From NCBI GenBank assembly GCA_965214705.1, contig OZ243972.1, positions 256,001 through 320,000 of the forward strand: a DNA stretch of 64,000 bases. The letters run 5' to 3'. A program made the position numbers and the translations under genes. Below, in pieces: positions 46,401 through 55,598 of this stretch (position 1 is the first letter of the stretch; each line of letters opens with the position of its first letter). The DNA comes from Alphaproteobacteria bacterium. GTDB lineage: Bacteria; Pseudomonadota; Alphaproteobacteria; UBA828. The notes beneath the pieces were generated by a model. The model had not been told where the DNA came from and searched no databases. It was given only the letters and a program-made list of their open reading frames with translations.

Positions 46401-48662
46401 CAGCGAGGAGGGGAAAACCTCGACGAAGTTCTCCTCCCGGCTCAGCAGCTCCGCCTCTTCCAGCCAGGAGACGGCGGTGCGCACGCGGGTGTCGTCGGTC
46501 GCGCTGTCGCGCGCGAACGCCATGTCCTCGTCCTCGCCCAGGATCTCGCCCGCCGTCGCCACCACGTCCCCGCCGGAGCGCTTCTTCCGGTCCAGGTTGC
46601 GCAGCGCCCGCAGGATGCCGTGAATCTCCGCCCTGGTGAGCCGCGAGCGCGCCGACATGCCGAACTGGCGCTCCACGTCGTCCGCCGCATACAGCAGCAC
46701 GCAGCGCGCCGACGCCCGGTCGCGCCCGGCGCGGCCCGCCTCCTGGAGGTAGTTCTCCAGGGACCCCGGAATGTCCGCGTGGATCACCAGCCGCACGTCC
46801 GGCTTGTCGATCCCCATGCCGAAGGCGTTGGTCGCGGCGATCGCGCGAAGCGCGCCGCCGATGAAGCGCCGCTGCACGTCCTTCTTGGTCTCCGGAGGCA
46901 GGCCGGCATGGAAGCGGTCCGCCGCCACCTCCTTCGATTGCAGGTATTCCGCGACCTCCTCGCTCTGCCGCCGCGTCGCGCAATAGACGATCGCGCCGCC
47001 GGGCGCCTCCGGCGGCAAATGCGTAATCAGCACGCGGTGGATGTCGGCAAACTTCTCGCCGGACGACGTCGGGATCACTTCGAAAGTCAGGTTGGTGCGC
47101 TCCGCCCCGCCGTCGAACACGGTGAGCTCGATTTCGAGCTCGTCCCGGAAGTAGCGCACGATATCGCCGGTGACGTCCGGCCTGGCCGTCGCGGTCAGGC
47201 AGAGCACGGGCGGGATCGGCCCCGGACCGGCCTTCTCCCGGATGAAGCGGCCCACGTAGCGGTAGTCCGGCCTGAAGTCGTGGCCCCAGCGCGACAGGCA
47301 GTGGGCCTCGTCCAGAACCCAGGCACCGATCTCGCGCTGGTCGAGCGCCCGGCGAAGCGTGCGGGCGCGAAGCTGCTCCGGCGAGATCAGCAATATTCCC
47401 GCGTCTCCCAGCCGTACCCGGTCCAACGCGTCGACACGTTCGGGCATCGACTGCAGGCCGTTCACGGTCACGCACGAGCCGATCCCGCGCGCCTCCAGAC
47501 CCGCCACTTGGTCCGCCATCAGCGCGACCAGGGGAGAGATCACGACCGTCAGAGCGCCGGTCTTGTCGTAGCGGGAGAGCGCAGGGATCTGGTAGCAGAG
47601 CGACTTGCCGGTGCCCGTGGGCAGGATGCCGAGCACGTGCCTGCCCGCCAGCGCCGCTTCGACGATGGCCCGCTGCATGGGGCGTCCCTCGTCGTCCGCA
47701 GGCTCGGGACGGAAGCCGTCGAAGCCGAACCAGCGCTTGAGCTCCTTCCCGGCATCGTGCCGCTCGCGGCACCAGCCGCACTCCGAATCGGCGCAGGCCG
47801 CGTCCCTGAGGCGGCGCACCAGGCGCCCGGTCTCGGGGAACTGGTGGCGCACCCAGGGCGGCATGACGGAGTTGCCGCCGGCCACCGACAGCCATGCCAG
47901 CGCATAGGCCAACGCCCAGCCATGCTGTCGCGCTCGCGCCACCGCGTCGCGTCCGTGGGTCAGGCACGCGGCGCCTTCCAGCCGCCGGTACACGGCCGCC
48001 CCGGCCTCCTCCTCCGTGGGGCGGGGCGATCGGCGGAGATCTGCGAACGTCTCGTCCAGGGCGCGGTCGACTCCGGCGTGCTCCGGCGTGCCCAGCCAGT
48101 GCCACACCGTCAGCAGGTCGGCCGGAGCCTGCCCGAGCGCCCGCACCTGGTCGCCGAACACCTCCAGGGCGAGGCGGGCATCCAGCTCCGGATCGTTGAC
48201 CCGGCCGCGCCTGAGCCCGCCGTCCTGATAGTGCTTGACCAGATGGTGATAGGGATTGCGCGGAAAGGCCAGGGGGCTGAGGCGCAAGGTGTCAACCGCC
48301 GGCAGCGTCAGCAGCTTCAGATCCGGCTTGGCCGCCGCGAGATGGGGCAGGTCGAAGGCGATCAGGTTATGACCCAGCACGAAGTCCGCCCCCTCGGCGA
48401 GGCCGTCGAGCTTCGCCAGCGCACGCGCCAGTCCCGCGCCCGAGTGGACCAGGCGTTGGCCGGTATCGGGGCGGACCGCCCCGAAGGCGCGGATGCGGCC
48501 GTGCCGCCTGCCGACCTCCAGGTCGAGGGAGACGCAGCGGGGCCGGAAGGTAGTGGCTTCGTTCGCCGCCGCATCCCGCTCGGCCTCGACCACGGGCGAC
48601 TCACCCGCCAGCTGCTTGATCGCCGGTCCGGCGATGCCCCGCGGTTTGTCCTGGCCGTGCAA
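43440..48662 (-). CDS. Large fusion: DEDD-like exonuclease + RecQ (SF2) helicase + UvrD (SF1) helicase
   Basis: 'SLDLEV..GHNLIAFD'; 'LPTGTGKS', 'DEAHC', 'QEAGRAGRD'; 'AGPGSGKT', 'DEYQD', 'GDDDQ', 'HRAKGLEF', 'YVAMTRA'. Start position uncertain. Confidence 0.88.
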   Translation of the reverse strand: MHGQDKPRGIAGPAIKQLAGESPVVEAERDAAANEATTFRPRCVSLDLEVGRRHGRIRAFGAVRPDTGQRLVHSGAGLARALAKLDGLAEGADFVLGHNLIAFDLPHLAAAKPDLKLLTLPAVDTLRLSPLAFPRNPYHHLVKHYQDGGLRRGRVNDPELDARLALEVFGDQVRALGQAPADLLTVWHWLGTPEHAGVDRALDETFADLRRSPRPTEEEAGAAVYRRLEGAACLTHGRDAVARARQHGWALAYALAWLSVAGGNSVMPPWVRHQFPETGRLVRRLRDAACADSECGWCRERHDAGKELKRWFGFDGFRPEPADDEGRPMQRAIVEAALAGRHVLGILPTGTGKSLCYQIPALSRYDKTGALTVVISPLVALMADQVAGLEARGIGSCVTVNGLQSMPERVDALDRVRLGDAGILLISPEQLRARTLRRALDQREIGAWVLDEAHCLSRWGHDFRPDYRYVGRFIREKAGPGPIPPVLCLTATARPDVTGDIVRYFRDELEIELTVFDGGAERTNLTFEVIPTSSGEKFADIHRVLITHLPPEAPGGAIVYCATRRQSEEVAEYLQSKEVAADRFHAGLPPETKKDVQRRFIGGALRAIAATNAFGMGIDKPDVRLVIHADIPGSLENYLQEAGRAGRDRASARCVLLYAADDVERQFGMSARSRLTRAEIHGILRALRNLDRKKRSGGDVVATAGEILGEDEDMAFARDSATDDTRVRTAVSWLEEAELLSREENFVEVFPSSLRVNSVEQAAGRLARANIADPYRGQLLRIAETLIEAPSDEGVTTDELMAASGLGPDGVRAALYDLERLGIASNDTALTAFVHAGVERSSPTRLNEAAALETALISHMREAAPDLGKGDASSLHLRIAAQVLRDRGLPEPLPERLWRIVRGIAHDGWGEDGAGGSLAVRKLDAETVRVALQRDWGALEETARRRREGAVRLLEHLIGCLPSGVHGTDLLAETTLGNLLQAIEGDLVLKSGVKDTARLLDRALLWLHELDVIRLNKGLAVFRPAMTIRLEQRERRGFAGTDFEPLALHYKGQVLQIHVMVEFAQRGLAAMGDALRLAMDYFALSEDEFLECWLPGRDEEIGRETTPESWRAIVESLKNPVQQDIVADDREQAHVLVLAGPGSGKTRVLVHRIAWLVRAKRESARGILALAYNRHAAVDIRRRLAGLIGDNARGVTVLTCHGLAMRLTGASFSGREEPPDEDTFSEVIRRAVELLRGEGLPPEEADERRERLLAGFRWILVDEYQDIGPEQYELISALAGRTLGDDAGRLTLFAVGDDDQNVYAFNGASVEFIRRFEADYGPRPKYLTSNYRSSGHIVAAANAVIAPARERMKAGHPIRIDRARAKDPPGGPWEGMDPVTRGRVQILPAGGDAVSQAQCVMAEFRRLAALAPGWDWSRCAAIARTWEYLAPLRAFCELHGIPAQMGNEDIPSFWRLRETRALVAWARVRQPRLIDAGALRDWMSSQPADPWNDLLRQAVEELALEAGAGEMPVDRFIEWLAEWGRDVRRRQHGLLLLSAHRAKGLEFDHVAVLDGGWNRLGQGEDPDEARRLYYVAMTRARHTLTLARLEGPHRLQDALSGNPSVVQRERVELPPAPEALHRRHARAGLGEVDLGFAGRHRARHPVHRAISALSPGDPLETRMAQSGRMELVDGAGMLVGRMASGFEPPAGTGCRSAGVFAVVEWSREASEPKYRDNARCETWEVVVPELVFEPDEHASV

Positions 48663-48681
48663 CGCCGACCCTCCGACTCAC

Positions 48682-50989
48682 CTAACAGGGCGCCCGGCGG
48701 CGCCGGCCGAGCCGGATCGAGCATCGCCCATGCCGGCCGGCCCCAAGGCCCGAACGCCGGGCCCGGCAGATCTCGCCGGCGTCGTCGGCCGTGCGGCGGG
48801 ATGCCGATCCGCCGAGCCATTCGTCGAGCTTCGACCAGCGCCGGCGTCCCGAGACGTTGCGCACCGCGATCGCCACCGCCTTCTTCTGTCCCACCAGCAC
48901 CACCAGCCGCTTGCCCCGCGTCACCCCGGTGTAGAGCAGACTACGCCGCAGCATCGCGTAGTGCTGCGTCAGCACCGGGATGACCACCGCCGGATACTCC
49001 GAGCCCTGGCTTTTGTGCACGGTCGCGGCATAGGCCGGCACCAGCGTGTCCAGCCCGCCGAAGCCGTAGACATGGTCGCGTCCGCTCGAAGCGTGCCGTG
49101 AGCTCCCCGGCCTCGGGGTCGACGTCGACAACCTGGCCGATGTCGCCGTTGTAGACCTCCTTGTCGTAGTCGTTCTCGATCTGCATCACCTTGTCGCCGG
49201 GCGCGAAGGTCCAGCCGAAGCGCTCCACCCTGCGCTCGCCGGCCGGGTTGAGGGCGGCCTGAAGCTCGATGTTGAGCGAACGCGCGCCCGCCCCGCCCCG
49301 GTTCATCGGACACAGCACCTGGATATCGCGTACCGGGTCGAGGCCGAAGCGCTTCGGGATGCGCGTCTTCACCAGCTCGACGATCCTGGCGGCGGCGGTC
49401 TCCGGGTCGTCCGCCGGCACGAAGTAGAAGTCGCTGTCGCCGTCGGGCCGTGACAGGTCGGGGATGGCGCCCCGGTTGATCCCGTGAGCCGAGGTCACGA
49501 TCCGGCTCCGCACCGCCTGGCGGAACACCTCGGTCAGCCGCGCCACAGGCACCGCGCCCGAGACGATGATGTCGGCGAGCACCTGGCCGGGTCCCACGGA
49601 GGGCAGCCGGTCGACATCGCCCACGATCAGCAGCGCGGCTTCGTCGGGCACCGCCGCCAGCAGCGAGCGCATCAGCGGGACATCCACCATCGAGGTCTCG
49701 TCGATTACCAGAAGGTCGCAGTCAAGCGGGTTGGCCGCATCGCGCCTGAAGCCGCCGTGCCCAGGGTCCACCTCCAGCAGGCGATGCACCGTCTTCGCCT
49801 CCATCCCGGTGGCCTCGCTCATCCGCTTCGCGGCGCGCCCGGTCGGCGCGCACAGGAGAATGTCCACGCCCTTGGCCGAGAGGATGCGCAGGATCGCGTT
49901 GACGATCGTCGTCTTGCCCACGCCAGGCCCGCCCGTGACCACGGTGGCCTTGGCGGTGAGCGCAATACGGACCGCGTCGGCCTGGCCCGCTGCCAGGGCA
50001 AGGCCGGTCTTCCGCTCGACCCAGGGCAGCGCCTTCCCGATATCGATGTCCGGCCAGGGCAGCGGGCCGGCCGCGATCCGCAGAATCCGGTCCGCGATCG
50101 CCTGCTCCGCCCGGTAGAGGCCCCCGAGGAACACGCAGGGGGTATCGGCCACCGTGTCCGCGACCACGCTGCCTTCGGCCAACTCAAGGTCGAGCGCGCT
50201 TCGGACCAGGTCGTCGGGAACCTCCAGAAACCGGGATGCGAGCGGCCCCAGCTCTTCCGCCGGCAGGCCGCAATGCCCCTCGTCCATCGCCTCGGTCAGC
50301 GCATAGGAGATGCCCGCTCTAACCCGAATCGTCGCCGTCTTCTCGATGCCGAGCTTCATCGCGATGGTGTCGGCGGTCCTGAAGCCGATCCCGCGTATGT
50401 CGCGGGCGAGGCGGTAGGGGTTCTCCGTCATCACCTCGATGGCGTCCGCACCGTAGGTCCTGAATATGCGCACCGCCCGCGCCGTGCCCACGCCATGGCC
50501 GTGCAGGAATACCATGATCTCGCGCGACGCCTTCTGCTCCGCCCACGCGCCGGTGATGCGCCCGGCCCGGACCTTCCCGATCCCGGTCACCTCGCGAAGC
50601 CGTTCCGGCTCCGCCTCGATCACGTCGAACATCTTCTCGCCGAAGGCCCGCACCAGCTTGCCGGCATAGACGGGGCCGATGCCCCGGATCATGCCCGAGC
50701 CCAGGTACTTCTCGATGCCCTCCACGGATGACGGTGTGGACGTGCGCACGAAGCGCGCCTTGAACTGGTGCCCGTGGGTGCGGTCGTTGACCCATTCGCC
50801 CGACGCCGTGATCCATTCCCCGGCTCCACCATCGCGGCTCGGCCCACCACCGTGACAAGGTCGCGATGGCCCCCTGGCCTTCGTCCTGAGAACGCAGAAG
50901 CCGTTCTCGGGGTTGTGGTAGGTGACGCGCTCCACCAGGCCGGCCAGGACCTCCCGCTCCTCGGACGGCCGCTGCCGGCCGGCGGTCAA
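48682..50989 (-). pseudogene. recD2: Second RecD2 helicase copy, frameshifted
   Basis: Closely similar to 17340-19562; mutually compensating frameshifts near 50830-50875 and an uncompensated one near 49080. Confidence 0.85.
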
Positions 50990-51080
50990 GCCGCGCCGGG
51001 CGCGGATTGCGCCGCCCGCTCCCCGTTGCGCGAGGCGGGCATGCGCGTGTCGTGCGCTGCCGCTCCGGCGTCCCTGCGGT

Positions 51081-51767
51081 TCAGCACGATGCCAGGGTCA
51101 CCATGACCTCGTTCCTGCGGAGCATCGGGATCGTCCAGGGCGGGTTGTAGCCTGCCATACGCCAGTCCCCCGCATGCTCCAGATCGCGCGCTTCGATCCA
51201 GCGCTCAAGCCGCTGCCGCTCCGCCTCGCCCGCCTCGTTGTCCAGCTTGTCGCTGAAGCGGATGCTCGCGACACAGCGCGCGCCTAGGTCCCTGACCGCA
51301 ACGCCGCCGTCCACCGGCGCCGTCGCGGCCGTGTACCCGTCCGGCAGGACGAAGCCGACCCGCCAGCCGCCGATGCCGGGGCCGGCCAGCGCCTCCGGAC
51401 TCTCCCCGTCATCGGCGCCGAGGTCCGGCTCCAAGACCGTCGTGCCCGTGTTCACTATCGCAGGCGCTGCCAGCACCGGCGCGGTCATCGCGATATCGGA
51501 GCCGCCCGCGTTGGCCCCCGTGATGTACTCGAACAGCCGCCGGAAGCCGGCGCCGACCGCCTCGTCGAACGAGCCCGCCGCAGCGGTCCACGCCATCGCA
51601 TGGCCGTCGTACTCGCGCATCTCGATGTCGCCGTCGGCAAGCACGATCCTGTACGGGGGTTCCTCGGCAGCCTTGCCGCCGAACACGGAACAGGCGCCCA
51701 GGAAGAACGGCCGTGCAATGGCGACCAATGCGCCTATCAACTTCGTTCGCATCGACATCGAACCCAA
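51081..51767 (-). CDS. SOUL-family heme-binding protein
   Basis: 'EEPPY', 'GFRRLFEYITGAN', 'IAMTAPV', 'YNPPWT.P.LRRNEV'. Confidence 0.85.
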   Translation of the reverse strand: MGSMSMRTKLIGALVAIARPFFLGACSVFGGKAAEEPPYRIVLADGDIEMREYDGHAMAWTAAAGSFDEAVGAGFRRLFEYITGANAGGSDIAMTAPVLAAPAIVNTGTTVLEPDLGADDGESPEALAGPGIGGWRVGFVLPDGYTAATAPVDGGVAVRDLGARCVASIRFSDKLDNEAGEAERQRLERWIEARDLEHAGDWRMAGYNPPWTIPMLRRNEVMVTLASC

Positions 51768-52039
51768 CCTCCGCTCGGTGCGACCTCTCGCGCCGCGGCG
51801 ATGCGCCTCAGTATATGGCCTCCCGGAAGCGTCGTCCTACCCGTGCGACTTCGGCAATAAACAGCCCCCGGTGCTCGGTCGAATCGCATGCCGCGGGGCG
51901 CGACCGCGCCCGGACAGGCAGGAGACCCGTTCCCGCGCGCATTCCTCATGTCGCAGCCGAGAGCTGGGCTCCTTCCGGCCCATGACGAACGTGCCATAAT
52001 CCACTTGCGGCTCCGCCGCGAGCAGCATCCGCACTCGAT

Positions 52040-52150
52040 GAGGCCGCGCGCCGTCGGCAGGTGTCAGGAAGCCGAACCCTTTCACCGGGTCGCATCACGT
52101 CAACCTCCTCATGAATGACCGAAGCGGCAGCCCCGACGACCTTGATGCCT
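52040..52150 (-). pseudogene. 5' remnant of a cold-shock-domain protein
   Basis: '*CDPVKGFGFLTPADGAR' matches 'WYDSVRGYGFLAPADGSR' of 39394-40236. Confidence 0.6.
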
Positions 52151-52343
52151 GGCGCCCCGTCGCCGTCGTCGGCGTCTTTTCGCTGCACGCGCGCCGGAAA
52201 GAGAAAGAGCCAGCCGGAACGGGGCGGCGGGCGGGGCGTCCCGGCGAGGGGCGCGTCGTTCCTCGCCGTTCGGGACGATGGCAGGCGGTTGCGCTGCGGA
52301 GAATAGCCCCTACATTCGCCGCTAATCATGCGGAGTATGGACC

Positions 52344-53450
52344 ATGTACATCTGGGAACACCCGCATTGGCCGCGCTTAGAGCAGGATCGGACCCGCCTC
52401 GCGGACGCTCTCGCCGAGACGCGCCACGCGCAGGGCAAGCTGCTCGGCCGCATGGAAGCCCTGGGTTTCGAGATGCGCAGCGAGGCCACCTTGCGCACCC
52501 TGACCGAGGACGTGGTGAAGACCAGCGAGATCGAGGGCGAGATCCTCGCCCCGGACCGGGTGCGCTCGTCCATCGCAAGCCGGCTCGGCCTCGATGCCGG
52601 CGGTCTGCCGGCTCCCGACCGCGCCGTCGACGGGGTCGTCGAGATGACGCTCGACGCCACGCGCAACTACGCCGAGCCCCTGACCGAAGAGAGGCTGTTC
52701 TCCTGGCACGCGGCGTTGTTCCCCACTGGGCGCAGCGGCATGCGTCGCATCCGCGTCGGCCGCTGGCGCGACGACGCGGACGGGCCGATGCAGGTCGTCT
52801 CGGGCCCGCTCGGGCGGCAGCGGGTCCACTACGCCGCGCCACCGGCCGAGCGCCTCGGCCGGGAGATATCCGCGTTTCTGAGGTGGTTCGAGGACATGCG
52901 CTCCACGGACCCGGTGCTCGCTGCCGGCGTGGCCCATCTCTGGTTCGTCTCGATCCATCCCTTCGAGGACGGCAACGGCCGTATCGCCCGGGCCGTCGCC
53001 GACATGGCGCTGGCGCGCTCCGAGGAGAGCCCCGAACGCTTCTACAGCATGTCGGCGCAGATACGCCTGGAGCGCAACGCCTACTACGACGTTCTCGAGG
53101 CGACCCAGAAGGGCGGGCTGGACATCACCGCATGGCAGCTCTGGTTTCTGGGCTGTCTCGGGCGCGCGATCGGAAACGCGCGCCGGACCCTCGCCTCGGT
53201 CCTCGCCAAGGCAGACTTCTGGGAGGCCCACGCCTCCGACGTACTGAACCCGCGCCAGGTGAAGGTGCTCAATCGTCTTCTTGACGGCTTCGAGGGCAGG
53301 CTCACGTCGTCGCGGTGGGCGCGGATGAACCACTGCTCCCAGGATACGGCGAACCGGGACATCCGCGATCTTGTCGAGCGCAGCATTCTTGTCCGCAGCC
53401 AGGCCGGAGGCCGCAGCACCAGCTACGAGCTTTCCGGCACGCGGGACTGA
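52344..53450 (+). CDS. Fic-family protein (DUF4172 type)
   Basis: 'YIWEHPHWP', 'TSEIEGE', 'HPFEDGNGRIAR', 'GGRSTSY'. Confidence 0.9.
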   Translation: MYIWEHPHWPRLEQDRTRLADALAETRHAQGKLLGRMEALGFEMRSEATLRTLTEDVVKTSEIEGEILAPDRVRSSIASRLGLDAGGLPAPDRAVDGVVEMTLDATRNYAEPLTEERLFSWHAALFPTGRSGMRRIRVGRWRDDADGPMQVVSGPLGRQRVHYAAPPAERLGREISAFLRWFEDMRSTDPVLAAGVAHLWFVSIHPFEDGNGRIARAVADMALARSEESPERFYSMSAQIRLERNAYYDVLEATQKGGLDITAWQLWFLGCLGRAIGNARRTLASVLAKADFWEAHASDVLNPRQVKVLNRLLDGFEGRLTSSRWARMNHCSQDTANRDIRDLVERSILVRSQAGGRSTSYELSGTRD

Positions 53451-53750
53451 CGACGAGCGGGGTGCGCACGGCGGTGCGACCGGCGCCTTGCCCGATCGCA
53501 TTCCGAGGCGCGGCCCGGGAGTTTCCCGCACCCGCGACCGGCAACCTGCTGCCCATGCCGCCGCTCGCCTATCGGCCTGGGGCGAGGCACTAATCGTATC
53601 TTCACCCCCGCTCATCCCGCCTGCCACAAACGTCTTCGCCGTCACGCCGCCTGGAGGGAGAGCCTGGCCGTGACCGGGCCGGCGGGGCGGGCGGCCTGGC
53701 GGAGAGGACGCGCCTGCCGCTCGCGATCACGAACCGCGGGAGGGCAAACG

Positions 53751-54074
53751 ATGAGCACGGCGAGAACGATCCAACGCGCTGCCAGCACCTACCTGGTGCA
53801 CTTCTTCGGCGGCGGCCTCCAGGAGGAAGGCCGCTACGTGGTCGAGAGATATGAGACTGCCGCTTCAGGTGAGATCCGCCCGCTCGCTGCCGACGAGGAG
53901 AAGGGTACGGGTGGGCGCAAGCGGCGCACGACCCTGTCGTGCCGCGCCGTCCGGCGCCTGCGACCGGTGTCCAACGAGATTATCGTCGCTACCAATGTCA
54001 GCCGCGACGCAGGCATGCAGCTGTTCGGTTCCGCGGCCGCCGGTATCGCGCTGCGCGGCAAGTGGCGCTGCTGA
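53751..54074 (+). CDS. Hypothetical protein (107 aa), paralog of 40578
   Basis: 'TYLVHFFGGGLQEEGRYVVERYETAASGEIRP...V.RLRP..NEII'. Confidence 0.75.
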   Translation: MSTARTIQRAASTYLVHFFGGGLQEEGRYVVERYETAASGEIRPLAADEEKGTGGRKRRTTLSCRAVRRLRPVSNEIIVATNVSRDAGMQLFGSAAAGIALRGKWRC

Positions 54075-54152
54075 CCGGCAGCCTGGCCGGGGGTGTCGCC
54101 GCCGCCGGCCGCTCTCCAGGCAGCCGGCTACACCCATGTCTTCGAGGATGCC

Positions 54153-54950
54153 ATGCCCGACAGTGACGAGAGCCCGCAGGAGCGCCAGCGCCGGCGTAAT
54201 GCCGACCGAGTCGCCCGTGGCATCTGCACCCGGTGCGGAGCGTTCCCGCCCGAGCCCGGCCTCAAGCTGTGCCGGCGTTGCGGCGAGAAGCGGCGCGCCG
54301 CCGAGAAGGTCCGTCGCGCCAGGGCCCGGGCGGAGGGCAGGATCTACGCCGGTCGAGATCCGGAAACGACACGGCGCGCCGCCCGTGCCGCCGACAAGCG
54401 GCGGCGGAAGGCGCGGCGGGACGCAGGCTTCTGCACGTCGTGCGGACACCGCCGGCCCGCCGATGGCCGTTCCATCTGCGAGCCGTGCCGCGACGGTCAG
54501 CGCGCGATCGAGCGCAAGCGATGCGCTACCCGCCGTGCTGCCGGGCGATGCGTACGGTGCGGGAAACCGGCATTCGGCGGCTCGTCCCGCTGCGGCCGGT
54601 GCGCCGTTCTCGAAGCGGAACGCGCGTCGCCCGAACGCAGGAAGGCGGCCAGCAGGAAACGCTACGCCAGACGCAGGGCGCGGAGGGCTTGCGTGGATTG
54701 CTCGATTCCTGTTGCCGGCACTGCGCGTTGCCCGGACTGCGCCCGGCGATCCAACTCGCGCGCCCTCGACCCTCACCGCCTGCCCGTGCCGTTCCCCGAG
54801 TACACCGTGGTCAGGCTCGACACCGGCGAGACGATCGAGAGCTTCGAGACCGAGGCGGAAGCCGCCGCCTGCCTGGTCTTCGCCAAGCTCCGCCCCGACC
54901 AGGTGGAGATACGCGCCAACGTCCCGTTGATCGCGCTCTCTCCGCCATGA
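54153..54950 (+). CDS. Arg-rich protein with 8 CxxC motifs, paralog of 40974
   Basis: CTRC/CRRC, CTSC/CEPC, CVRC/CGRC, CVDC/CPDC; 'AEGRIYAGRDPE'; 'AEAAACLVFAKL'. Confidence 0.8.
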   Translation: MPDSDESPQERQRRRNADRVARGICTRCGAFPPEPGLKLCRRCGEKRRAAEKVRRARARAEGRIYAGRDPETTRRAARAADKRRRKARRDAGFCTSCGHRRPADGRSICEPCRDGQRAIERKRCATRRAAGRCVRCGKPAFGGSSRCGRCAVLEAERASPERRKAASRKRYARRRARRACVDCSIPVAGTARCPDCARRSNSRALDPHRLPVPFPEYTVVRLDTGETIESFETEAEAAACLVFAKLRPDQVEIRANVPLIALSPP

Positions 54951-55207
54951 ACGCGGCATCGCCGCGTGCAGGCATCCCGCAGGTAAAGCCACCCTCAGCC
55001 CCGGCGATTCCACGCCGACGCATCCCGCAGCGCCAGCATACTGATCGAACGTGCGGTCCGCCCGGTGGTCGTCCTCCCGGCGGGCGTCAGGGCAGGCGGC
55101 AGCCGGGAGGAGGAGAAGAGCTTTGGAGGAGTGAACGGGAGGTGGATCGAGAGAGATCGCCCCGTTCGGCAACCATCGTCAGAACTCGCACGTGAAGGAG
55201 CACGATC

Positions 55208-55450
55208 ATGAGTTTCGGACTGAACCGCGCAGAAGTCATTGGCCGCCTGGGTGCGGACGTCACAATCAACAGCCTCGCCTCCGGCGGGCGCGTGGCCAAT
55301 TTGTCGGTGGCGACCGACGAGGGGTATCTGGATCGCCAATCAGGCCAGAGGGTGGATCGGACAGAGTGGCACCGGGTGGTCAGCTTCCAGAGCGGGCTGA
55401 TCGACATGCTTGAGAAACATACGGACAACGGATGGACACACATGCGCTAA
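55208..55450 (+). pseudogene. ssb: Truncated single-stranded DNA-binding protein
   Basis: 'LNRAEVIGRLGAD', 'VANLSVAT', 'TEWHRVV'; the OB fold breaks off at about 55420 and there is no acidic tail. Confidence 0.85.
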
Positions 55451-55598
55451 GCTGCGTTGGAAACGACAGAAATATCATATATTCATTGAGTTACTGGAAA
55501 CCTCGCCCGAAACCAGCTCGACATAAGACACGCTACTATGCGCACCGGTTTTCTTTCAGGTGTTGATAATCGTGTTGCTCGGCGCTATGCTCCGCACC

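Noticed and set aside
46086-48983. 965-aa plus-strand ORF and other long Arg/Ala/Pro-rich ORFs across the window
   Set aside because: Antisense or off-frame shadows of recognisable genes.
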